Below are positions 24,801 to 35,766 of a DNA stretch of 64,000 nucleotides, one piece after another (within the stretch, counting starts at the first letter, position 1; each line of letters starts with the position of its first letter). The notes beneath the pieces are model-generated. The model searched no databases. It was not told the DNA's origin and was given only the letters and a program-made list of their open reading frames with translations. The DNA comes from Zygnema circumcarinatum SAG 698-1b (lineage: Eukaryota > Plantae > Zygnematophyceae), in contig CM074811.1 in assembly GCA_037447605.1 (NCBI GenBank), positions 3,038,001 through 3,102,000 of the forward strand. The letters are read 5' to 3'. The position numbers and the translations under genes are program-made.

Positions 24801-26426
24801 GGCCGCCGGCAGGCTTGGCTCTTGCCAAGCCTGCCGGCGGCATTCGCCCCATCGCTGTGGGGGAGGTCTTGTATCGTGTGGTTGCTCGTGCTATGTGTTT
24901 GCAGTTGCAGGGGGCTTTTCAGGATCATTTTCCCCTTATCAGTTTGGTGTCGCCACCCCTGGGGGTTGCGAGGCGGTCGTTCATGGTATTCGAGCGACGC
25001 TTGACCTTCATCCGGATTGGGTGGTTTTGCAGGTTGATGTGACGAATGCCTTCAACAGTGTTGCACGTGAGGAGATTTTTCGGGAGTTGCGCGAGGCTCC
25101 TGCCCCTATCGCCTCTATTTTTCCCTTTGTTCGTGCCTTTTATTCTCGTTCGAGCCCTCTCCTTTTCCCTTTTGGTGGTACTAGCAGTTTTCTTGGCAAT
25201 CTTGAGTCTGCGACAGGGACTCGCCAGGGCGACCCTTTGGGGGGTCCTTTGTTTGCTTTGGCACACCTTCGTGCGCTTCGAGCGTCCGCACAGGCCTTTC
25301 CAGGGTGCCTTTTCCCTTCCGTTGCTGATGATACTCACATTCTTGGCCCCGCCGACCAGGTTGTTGCTGCTTTTACTGATTTTCGTACTCGGCTGGCAGC
25401 TTTGCAGCTTACTGTTAATTTGTCCAAATGTTTTGCTTGGTCTCCAGTTGGTCTCCCCTCTTCCCTTTCGCTACCGTCGGGTATACAGACTTGCTCAGAC
25501 GCGCTTGGTATCCGCTTGGTTGCCCTTTTGGAGCTGCATCATATGTTGATCGTTTTGTGGAGGATGCTTTGGTTGCGGATGTGTCTCAGGTTGATGAGTT
25601 GCCTCATCTTTCTGATCCTCAGGTGGCTTTTTCCTTACTTACTCGTTGTTTTGCCTTACGTCCCTCTTACCTCTTACGGACCCTCCCTCCTACCGATGCT
25701 TTTCTTGCTTCTTTGCGATCTTTTGATGAGCGTTTATTTTCTGTGTGTCATCGCCTCTTGGGTGCGGGTATTTTTGACCGGCCGGAAGGCCCGCTTGCTC
25801 GTTTGCAAGCCTCGCTCCCTATTTCTGCAGGCGGTTTGGGGCTTGTCCCAACTACACGTATTGCATCCCCTGCCTTTTTGGGTAGTTGGGCGCTTGTTGC
25901 TCCGGTTCTAGCTTCACGTTTCCTTGTGGATGATCGTCCGTTGCTCCTGTTGGTGCAAGGGGCAGCAAGAAAGGAAAGACACAAGGAAAGGGCAACACAT
26001 GCCCTGGGTATCAGAGCTCAAAACTTTTCTTTTTCTTCTCCTTGGGCCACATACCGCTTCCGCCACGATATGCCTTCTCGTCCACCTCTCGCCAGGTGCG
26101 CACAGCGGAAAACTAAACACCCCACCTACAAGTGCACTTCTTCAACTCCTCCATGGTCTCGGCTCCTCAACTCCACGCTCCTCCAATGATCTCCTCGTGT
26201 GGAGCAACACACCGCCCATACAATGGTCGCCTCCACTCATCCACCACGNNNNNNNNNNGCTTCTAGTGCCGTGTTGTTGCGCCTAGAAGTTGATTTTCGT
26301 TTCACGGCTTTCTCTTGGTCCTTATGTCCGTTGTGACCGCTTCTTTTGGTTCCTTATGTCGATTTTCTCCATGTACATTTGATGGCCTTGCCATCGTGAG
26401 TTCAATCAAACATCATCTTCCATTTT
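24801..26426 (+). mobile_element. 5'-truncated CRE/SLACS-like non-LTR retrotransposon (RT region), frameshifted near 25500 and interrupted by an LTR
   Basis: GGIRPIAVGEVLYR, YQFGV..PGGCEAVVH, LQVDVTNAFNSV.R, GTRQGDPLGGPLF, VADD. Candidate 9-bp TSD cttttaaac (24792-24800 and 26427-26435). Confidence 0.88.
25948..26248 (-). mobile_element. LTR fragment of family B inserted into the LINE; the other end lies in an N gap
   Basis: Begins tgttggtg and shares ggccacataccgc.tccgccac...ccaggtgcgcacagcgg with 46186-46406. Confidence 0.75.
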
Positions 26427-27327
26427 CTTTTAAACCCGTTGTAAAGTATATAATATAATCGGACTTTATAACGCGGGCCATCCCTAGTCGGAACTCTATC
26501 CATACGCTGTACGGCACGTCTCAAGGCCGATACTGTACTACAAAGATTCCCGCCCGGCCGTGCCGTTTGCCGCTTTGCTCGGTTGGAGCCTCGCAGTTGA
26601 ACTGCCACGTGTCGGCGTAGGACTGGCCCACGTTACAAAATCTTTTGATGGAAGGATTTTCCACTCGCAGCCCTATACTGTATCCTACTAAGGACGCCAC
26701 GTGGACCATTCGCTGTCCGTCACGTGTCGATTTATCGGCCAAGGTTCGCTACAGGCTAGTCAAGATTGCCTCTCAACAGAACGGCCTCGTGCTGACGTGG
26801 CACACGCTCACAGGTGTCTCCAACAATAGACCGATCCGACCGACGTCCACTGCTGTACGGACGAAACACTGTGCCACGTGGACCACTCTCAGCCCGCCAC
26901 GTGTCGAACGTGGGCGTGCGGGGTGCTGGGCCGCTCTCGCCATGAGAACGGATCCAAAACAAATTTGCGGATAGTGAACCTTGATCGCATCGCATGGCAG
27001 CGACGCCATTGGCGCGAGGGCCGCCCGGCGGCCATGCAGCCGTGGATGGAGGCAAGGGAGGCAGTGCTAGGCATCAAAATCAAAGTTGAAAATGTTCGAA
27101 CTACTGATCAAAGGAGCAGCTCACAACATTCCATAGCACAATTTTCAACTTATCACATATCTCGATATTTGAAACGCGATCATGGTCTGCTGCCAAACCA
27201 AAGGCCGCGATCGACTGTCTGCATGACGCTGCAATGCCAACGAGAAACGAAAGCTAACGACGCTAAGCTAGCTACCCATCCATCCATCCATCCCCCAAGC
27301 GTGTCTTTATGCATCCCCTGTGCATGC

Positions 27328-30300
27328 TGTTGATGCAACGCCCTCCCTTGGTGGGGCTGCCACTTCTCCTCTACCCTGGGTAGAACTCGACATCTTCAAT
27401 GAATTGCTCAATCACACAAAGCACACTAAATGCAAGAGAACAACTCAGCGGAAATATGAAAATGTAAGGAGAAAGCCACCAGCCTAAAACTCCTTAAGAT
27501 AAAGATGAAATACAACTTGACAACACTAGANNNNNNNNNNGTGACATTGTCACGTCACGGCCGCACATGCTACGCCTTGCAAGACCCTTATCCCGATCCT
27601 AATCTCGCGTCGTTGGATCCTCGTCAGCTTGCACGGATCCAGCACATCAATGCCGTCAGATCCGCCTCAGCCTTATCTCCATCCGAGTCCTCCACCGTAG
27701 GATCTGACTCCTCATTACTTGGCGTCATGTGGGACCCCGTAAGCCTACGAGCGCCACGACCTAGGCCGTACAGGCCTTCAATTTAACCCGACACGTGGCG
27801 CCTTCCGATTCGCCGCTGTCCTGCCAAATGGATCCATGCTGACTTTCATCTTGTCAGTTCTGCTCCGCGCGCTGATTCGCGCCGCGTCACTTCTCGATTT
27901 GTCGCGTCGCGCCACGTCACATCTGACTCCGCCACGCCGCGCCGCGCCACCGACCAATGTCCGTACATTCGAGGTCCTGGCCTTACAAATCGTACCACTG
28001 ATTGGCTCCACCGACATTCTGATGCCTTGCCTTGCCAAATCAGACTCGCGCGCTATACGCACACCCCTAAAGACTTGTACGAGTCACCTAGACGCCCCTC
28101 CATTTACATGTGGACACTTTTGAGCACACCCCTCCTTAGAACTTAGTACCAACAACTTAGTGTACAACAAGTCCTTAACTACTTTACACTAACAATCCCC
28201 CTCTTGGTACTTAGTTCCCCTTGGGCCCTAGTTCCATGAGACCACTACTATTCTCTAGTGTCCCACAACCAAATGAATGCTCCCTTGTCCTAACAAGCTG
28301 CCCCCTCTTGATCCAAAGGCCTAGGAGAGAATCTTCCCCCTCTTGATCTCCTCTTGGTTGCCTTTCACACTTGATCCTGGGCGCTTCCGCTGAACTCCTT
28401 ATAGGTCCAGCAACCGGGTATTCCTTTGTAGCCGCAACCTTGTCCTCAGGCTGCTCAACTACCCTGGGTTGAAAGGACCCCTCCACTTCAACTCCATCCT
28501 TGTTTGGATGCAACAAGCCCGTGTTTCCGGCCTCCCTGGAGCTCACTAACTCTGATGAGTCCTGGAATTCACACACTCTCACCACCACTAATGTCCACCC
28601 CTTCAATGATGGGTCTTTCAGACCCCTGTATGGATATCTGAAATGTCGTTGGCAAAATAATCCCCTGCTCCCCTTAGCCTCATTGCTTGCTCTAGCATCC
28701 CCTTCCCTCCTCCAAGCTGTTCTGGATCTACCCTATGGTGAATGGGTTCTTCTACAGGATCCTTGGCGGGACTGCTCAGCCCTTGAGCCTCCTTCACTCT
28801 CAGAAAGTAAAGCCCACTTGCTGGATTCCCTTGCACAAGACTTGCCTGTCTCCTTGTGAATGACCTCACAACTCCCTGCTCAAACACCTGCTCCAGCATC
28901 TGCTCACGCAGCTGACTGGCAAAAAGGAAATTAATCTATAATCCAAAGTCAGTCAATCCCAGCATGGACAACCCTGCCCTTTCATGCTTTCCTCCTGAGC
29001 ACCTTCGACTTGGTTGTTCACCCTTGATCCCAAGACTCATCTCCCATCCCAGTGAGAGCGGGCAGACTTTTCATCTCTTCCAATTCTCCTTCTCTACAAA
29101 GATGAGTCAATCACGCACATGTGCCTTGAAGCACCAGAATCAATCACCCTAGCTGAATTTTCAACTCAGACCAGACAATTGGTCATCATCCAAATCCGAG
29201 AACATCAAGATTCATCTCGTGAAGTGTTACACTCCGTAGTCTCGGATCCATCCATCACCCTCTGTCTTGTTTCGTTTAGCACCTATCAAAGATGAACCGC
29301 CATCTGAACATTGGGGCAGTTCCTCTTGAAGTGACCAACCTTGCACAAGGTGGCAAGTCCTCTGAGTCTTCCCAACTCCACATCTTTGGCTGCGTTTGGT
29401 CCCTTGCGTTTCCTGTATGGGCGGCAGTTCCAGCGTTGCAGGTTCTCCAAACTCCACTAGTGTCTGAAGACCATCCTCCTCTACCACTCTCCTCTTAGGC
29501 CTGCTCCAAAGGTCATCTTATGGATTGGAAAGCTGAGTTCGTGAGGCAGTGCAAGCGGGTCAAATACCCGCAAGCCTCCAAGGAATAGACTAAACTTGTG
29601 ATCCAAGTGAAGGGGCCGCCTATCCCATCAAACTTTTGCATCGACATGTCAAACTTGATCACATAGTCTTTTAAGCCTCCTCCCCCTAATCCAACCGAAG
29701 TTTTCCTCCCTCCTAGCCCGTAGAGATAAAACCACAGGGCATTATCTACCACATCATAAATCTTCTAGAGTATCCCACATCTCCCCGAAATGCCTTTAAT
29801 CCTCGGAATCGGCCCTGTGAGGTTCCTCACTAACGCCAAAGACAAAGCGTGGTCCTACCTTGCAATCCTTAACCCACCACTTCTCAAACTCAAGTTGATT
29901 AATCTCAGAATCGGGGGCCACAATGGAGCCATTCACATACCCCAACAGCCGCTTGTTCTCCAAAGATCAGAGCATGCTAAACTTCCACCGCCAGGCCTTC
30001 CCATCGAAATGGTAAACTTCTCATCGCCTTCTCCCTCGCCTCGCCTCGCCGGAGGCTCACTCTTGTTGATGCAGGCCCTCCCCTTGGTGGCTGCCACTTC
30101 TCCTCTACCTTGGGTAGAACTCGACCTCTTCAATGAATTGCTCAATCACACAAAGTGCTGGTGGAGTGGACTCTCCACCGCCGCCGCTTCTCCACCGCAG
30201 ACCACCTCCACCTGGAGTTCTGCTGCTCCAATCGATGAGAGATGACATTTCCCAAATCCCTCACATATTCACCTCATAGCCTACTACTCACAGAGTGAAC

Positions 30301-32209
30301 CTCTCGTGTAATATGCACGGGAATAACAGAGAAAGTGATACAGGAGAAAGCTCGCTCTAAAACTCCTTAATAATGATCTTAACACCACAATTGAGAGACC
30401 CCTCCTCAACTAGCCCAATAAACTCAAAAGCCCACTACCTCGCAGCACAAGCAAGTGTAGTGTTAAGCAACACGAGCAACAGATTCTCTGAGTCTACTAT
30501 AGCTACGCTGGTGATCCTGAAGTTAAGATAAACAACCAAACAAAACAACACACTATATACGGCGTCAAACATCCGCGGACACTACTATACAACGGCTTCA
30601 CAACATCGGGCATAGCGCCCTCGCAGTGCCCTATCCTTTATCTCATCTCAAGGCTGCCGGGATCTCGCTGCTCACACTATCTCGTGATGCTTTTCGCCGC
30701 ATCCGACTCGCCTCTAAGCTAATTCCACGCGGCGCCAGATTCACTCCGGGCCTACATTGATGACGCTACAAATCCTCAAGGCTGCCGTGACGCCACCGGC
30801 TATCTCGGACACGCCCGCATAATGATGAATCGCTAAGGCCGACATTTTGGACGCCAGACGCTGGGCCAAGTCCAATCGCTCAATCCAGCAGCTGGACACC
30901 GCTGGCCACTTTCGACTACAAGCAGATTCGGCCAAGGCCGCGCCACATCGGGCCACCTGCCTCCGCAGGCCCGCCGCTTTCACGCCACTTCTGGATGCCT
31001 GTCGCTGGGCCGCCTGGCCACTTCGGACCACAAGGCCCACGCCTTCCACCGACCAAATGTCCGCATCACGCCTACTCAACTTAGGCGCCATTCCGCCAAG
31101 GAAACACACACACACACAAAACACACAAAACTAATGTTCCAACAAAACATGCTTAACTATCACATACACCAACTCCCCTCGAACTTCTGCTCTTTGCGCT
31201 GGGCCCCGTGCCCCCAATCAACCTCCCGCTGACTAATAGTGTTTCCCCACTAACTCCCTTTGTTAGCATATTCAAGGGCCTCGCCTCCCTTGGTGCCTAC
31301 TTAACTTCACTCAATCAAGCCCTCCTACCTCCAACTCCCCGTGACATAATGGTATCAAGACCGGTCAGTTGGTCCTCTTGTAGGGAAATACAGGTTTTCC
31401 CACTGTGGCAATCGACCATTGATTGTCGATAAACAAGGTAATCGGTCGTTGGTCCCTCTTGCATTCTTCAAAGAACTGCATGAACCACACTCCTTCCTTC
31501 GAAGCATGACAAGCACCCATGTACTCGCCTCCGTGCTCGATAACGCCACCGAGTCCTGCAACTTGGGAACTCCACGAAATCGCTCCTCCTCCATTCAGGT
31601 AAACGAAAACCCGAAGTCGAGCGATTTATCGGCTATCTTCCTCCCCAATCTCGGAAGTCTCTGTGGAGCAGCCATTAATCATTTCCGTTGGCCCTCTCTC
31701 ATATACCTGATTCCTCGCGAATCGAAGGCCCCTCTTTACATATTCAAAAATCCTTTATCATCTCCCAATGCTCGAGGCCCGGATTCTCCATGAATCGGCT
31801 GGCCGAGCTCACCGCCTTCGCCAAGTCCGGACGCGTTCCGATCATCAAGTACATTAGACTCCTAATCGCGGATCTGTATGGCACTCCGAACATCTTCTGT
31901 GCCTCCGCATCCGACGAAGGTGACATCTCCTTCGAAAGCCTAGTGCCGATCTCCATGGGGCTGGAACACGGCCTAGCATCCTCCATTCGAAATCGGGCAA
32001 GCACATCTGAAGCATANNNNNNNNNNCCGACATTCTGATGCCTTGCCTTGCCAAATCAGACTCGCGCGCTATACGCACACCCCTTAAAGACTTGTACGGT
32101 CGCCTAGACGCCCCTCCGTACAATGTGGACACTTTTGAGCACACCCCTCCTTAGAACTTAGTACCAACAACTTAGTGTACAACAAGTCCTTAACTACTTT
32201 ACACTAACA
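27328..32209 (-). mobile_element. Copia-derived LTR element family D with degenerate gag and protease only; no integrase or RT of its own is visible
   Basis: TG..CA LTRs (3' LTR 28194-27328; 5' LTR 32209-32027 plus 30155-30064). Perfect TSD CATGC. PPT at ~28197-28205. Remnants LLGYVNGSI, CHLCKVGHFKRNC (after an indel) and WVIDSGASRHMC. Confidence 0.8.
30156..32016 (-). mobile_element. Copia family A copy (3' RT/RNase H remnant, PPT and ~1.02-kb LTR 31174-30156) inserted into the 5' LTR of element D
   Basis: Reverse complement matches 56150-57966. The uninterrupted D LTR at ~27410 reads cacaaag|cacact where this copy begins. Confidence 0.85.
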
Positions 32210-32963
32210 CATGCCACTGCCATGGTGCGTCCACTCCCTCATTATGCCATGCATGTGCAGGTACGCGCACTACTGTAGAGCCATACTAAGTTTGACCGCC
32301 TCCTCCTCCTCTGAAGGTGCGAAGGGAGGAAGGAGAGGCGTCACTCGCCCCATGGGCCGCCCTCGCATGCGACAAAAGTCTCATGCCTACGTGCACTTGC
32401 TGCTCGTCAGGACGCAAATTTCCGCCGCGGTCTTTATAAGCTTCCCTTTGCAGCCCCCCCCGGGCCCATTCCGCCGCTTCAAGGCACACCTGCAGGGCAG
32501 CGTCGAGGAAACTGTCAGTAGCAGTCGGATGAAGAAAGATGAATCTTGAAAAGAAGGGGGAAACGGAGGTTTTCAGTAGCATGAAAAGCATCCGATATTT
32601 GAATGCAACAAAAACACAACTGACAGTGACAACCTTTGGATGAGGACTTGGATAAGAGTCTTTTGGACCCAAGAAAAAACTGCTTATAAGCGACTAGGAA
32701 AAGAAACAAAAGGACGATCGAGGAGACTGAACGGGCGGGAGGTTCACAAAAACGAAAGTCTACATTGCTTTGCAACGCTTTGGCTAAGCCTAACAAATGC
32801 CAATTCTACGAATCTTAGTTCAAAACCATCTACAAATCAACATCCTGACTGAAGTAGACACTCTAACGTGAATGTAAAGTTTGGTAGACATTCTAACATC
32901 TCCTCGAGAGTGCTGCAAGTTTTAGGTTGTGCCAATGACTAGGAAAAAGGGAGAGGAACGCAC

Positions 32964-33190
32964 TCAACATTTTTTGTAGTAGTAAGCGTTTCTGTTGTAC
33001 GTGAGGGGTCCCGCCGCGTTCTTGAAGTAGCAGACGCTGTTGTAGAAGACGAAGGTGGCGCAGGACGCGTCCGCAGAGCAGGCGAGGCCGCAGACGGCGA
33101 CGTCGGGCGAGGGCAGACGGGACGAGTCGGGACTGAAGGAGTCGCGGCCCGACTAGAGGGAGAAGTTCGGGACAGACGCGCCGCATGCTC
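32964..33190 (-). pseudogene. Terminal exon encoding a PAN/Apple-type domain; contains one in-frame TAG (33155-33153)
   Basis: cag|GA..: GACGASVPNFSL*SGRDSFSPDSSRLPSPDVAVCGLACSADASCATFVFYNSVCYFKNAAGPLTYNRNAYYYKKC*. The C-x3-C-x5-C...C-Y-F-K spacing is typical of PAN/Apple domains. Confidence 0.7.
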
Positions 33191-34168
33191 CTGCAGACGG
33201 AGTGGTGAAAGGGAGAAAAACATGTGAGGAAGGGAGGGAGGGAGGGAGGGAGGGAGGGAAAGAGGGAGGGAGAATTCGAATGCCATATATAACCTTCTTT
33301 TCCGTTCCCCTAAACCTTGCTCAGAACATTTGCAAACCCTAAGGAGGAAGAGCAGGGCTGTTGCGTACCGGCCGGCTCCCTCGAACAGACGACCCATTTT
33401 GACCCTTTGCCTTCGGAACTTCCAGCGGGAATGTACGTCTTAAAGTGACACGTGTCGCTTTATAGAGTAAAGGCGGCGCACTGTGGGTCGGCCATGCACT
33501 GCATCGTGCAGTTGGTCACATTAGCAGGAGCAGTGCCCATCTCATATCCCTCAAATGTGCGGTTGGAATAGAAAGCGTAGTTGGGAACAATTGCGCCACA
33601 ATCTGCACACATTGTATGCAAAACAAACATCATCCCAACACAAAATCAGGTTACTCCACTGTAGCTATAGTCTAAAAAGTTTCTTCCTGAAAGTCTTTTT
33701 GAAATTACTTACAGACCCTTTAAGGGTGGACAGAAACAAGAAATCCGATATGATGGAGAATTTTGAACTCTAACTAAGCTTCAGGTTGTGCCAATGACTA
33801 GTTTCACTTCCTCGCCTCCGACCTAGCCTGACTTTTCTGCTCAATAGAATAAAAGATATTATGCATTACTTACAACTGCGAGTTCTGTTGACCGCTAAAG
33901 GAAACTGATGCAATAAGATAACTCTTAGTGCCTTGTACAGAGGATTATAACTGATCTCTCGTCAATAAAACACTAACTTCCCATCTGATAGCTTAACGAT
34001 AACAAAACAAGAGTTGACTGCAACGCACCCTTGTAGTGATCATCACTTTCAATGATTGTGAAGACTCGAATCCGAACATTCCAAAATGATCAGAACAAAG
34101 ACAAGAGCAAAATGTGACACTACACAGCAGAAGCCATAAGAAGTGGCATGGAACAAGGCGAGGAGTAC

Positions 34169-35111
34169 CAGGAAGGGGAGGAGGGGCTGAAGGAGAAGTG
34201 CTCGGAGGGGGACTTTGAGGGCTGGGAGGAGGTTTACCTGGAGAGGGGCTTGGAGGAGGAGGTCGAGGACTAGGAGGAGGTTTACGTGGAGGGGGGCTTG
34301 GAGGGAGTGGAGGAGGAGGAAGGGGTGGAGGAGGAGGGCTTGGGGGGGTGGTGAAGGAGGAAGGGGTGGAGGAGAAGGGGTTGGAGGGAGTGGTGAAGGA
34401 GGAAGGGGTGGAGGAGAAGGGCTTGGTGGGAGTGGTGAAGGAGGTGGAAGGGGTGGAGGAGAGGGGGCGGAGGAGGGGGTCGCGGACTAGGAGGAGGTTT
34501 ACGTGAAGGGGGGCTTCGAGGAGGAGGTGGACGCGGAGGAGGAGAGGGGCTCGGAGGGGGTGGTGAAGGCGATGGAAGGGGTGGAGAAGGAGAGCTTGAA
34601 GGGAGTGGTCCAAGAGAAGGAAGGGGTGGAGGAGAAGGGCTTGGAGGGAGTGGTGAAGGAGGAGGAAGGGGTGGAGGAGAAGGGCTTGGAGGGAGTGGTG
34701 AAGGGCTTGGAGGGAGTGGTGAAGGAGGAGGAAGGGGTGGAGGTGAAGGGCTTGGTGGGAGTGGTGAAGGAGGTGGAAGGGGTGGAGGAGAAGGGCTTGG
34801 AGGGAGTGGTGAAGGAGGAGGAAGGGTTGGAGGAGAAGGGCTTGGTGGGAGTGGTGAAGGAGGTGGAAGGGGTGGAGGAGAAGGGCTTGGAGGGAGTGGT
34901 GAAGGAGGAGGAAGGGGTGGAGGAGAAGGGCTTGGTGGGAGTGGTGAAGGAGGTGGAAGGGGTGGAGGAGAAGGGCTTGGAGGGAGTGGTGAAGGAGGAG
35001 GAAGGGGTGGAGGAGAAGGGCTTGGAGGGAGTGGAGGAGGAGGAAGGGGTGGAGGAGAAGGGCTTGCAGGGGGTGGTGGCGGAGGAAGCGATGGAGGAGG
35101 GGATGATGAAG
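34169..35111 (-). pseudogene. Ser-Pro-rich extensin/pherophorin-like rod exon (SPSPPPLPPPSPLPP repeats); +1 frameshift at the G7 run 34342-34348
   Basis: Phase-1 acceptor at 35112 and phase-1 donor at 34168. Length 943 nt is one base more than in-frame. The plus-strand EEEKGLEGVV ORF is its antisense shadow. Confidence 0.75.
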
Positions 35112-35413
35112 CTGCAGTTATTTAGGACATTTTATGAGTTCCCGATCATAAATAAACGTGGACTCACTCCTTCCACAGATTACAAATTCTACTCCAAAAA
35201 CGTCATAATAAACGTTATGAGAAGATGCAGAACGACATCGAAACCATTCAGTAGAAAGTAAACCTCTTTTATTGGCGAAATCACATAGATGGCATTCAAT
35301 GTGCACTGACAGCAACGACAGAGTAAAAGTTGATAGTAATGCGATAGTTTCCACAACCTATGCCTTCCCTTTCCTTTCTTGCGAGTGTCGACAAGCAGCA
35401 GGTTGGAACTCAC

Positions 35414-35766
35414 CACACGTGTCCCATCCCGCGTCGCATGTGCACGTGCTCGTGTCGTACCCGCACGTGCCGTGGTCCCCGCACGCTCCCTCGGGAGAAT
35501 CGCTCTGGCAGAAGGCCGCGCACTCTTGCGGAGGTCTCTGATTTTGGGCTGCGCCACATCCTATGATATCGCGATAAATGCAGTTGTTGGTATAGTTGAA
35601 GGAACAATAAGGTTGCCCATTCCAATCAGTTTTAATGTTGATTGGCCCGGAGAAGTAGTTGTCTTGGATCTCCAGGACTTGATACCACCAGCTCTCAAGA
35701 GTTATAGAGCCAGTGAACTGTTGTACGGGGCTAGAGGCCGTACAACGTTGTTGGCGAATAGTCTCT
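35414..35766 (-). pseudogene. Exon with final LRR units and a Cys-rich/EGF-like module
   Basis: ..FTGSITLESWWYQVLEIQDNYFSGPI...NNCIYRDIIGC...QRPPQECAAFCQSDSPEGACGDHGTCGYDTSTCTCDAGWDTC G|GTGAGT. The 5' part is frameshifted near 35716. Confidence 0.7.

Larger units (their letters stand above)
24426..26486. mobile_element. Non-autonomous hAT element (~440 bp of its own sequence) carrying a nested LINE
   Basis: TIR TAGGGATGGC...GCCATCCCTA (Ac-like). Perfect 8-bp TSD GTCGGAAC at 24418-24425 and 26487-26494. Subterminal inverted match ttactttacaacg / cgttgtaaagta. Confidence 0.93.

Noticed and set aside
26004-26020. PBS-like gggtatcagagctc inside the family B LTR fragment
   Set aside because: Wrong orientation and position relative to the B element's real PBS at 48553, and absent in the other B LTR copies
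32286-32672. Possible extra exon or gene downstream of the PAN exon
   Set aside because: GC-rich, but no frame gives a recognisable domain and I could not link splice sites.
34503-35261. Plus-strand EEEKGLEGVV repeat protein
   Set aside because: Antisense shadow of the Ser-Pro exon, whose minus-strand splice sites fit the neighbouring exons in phase
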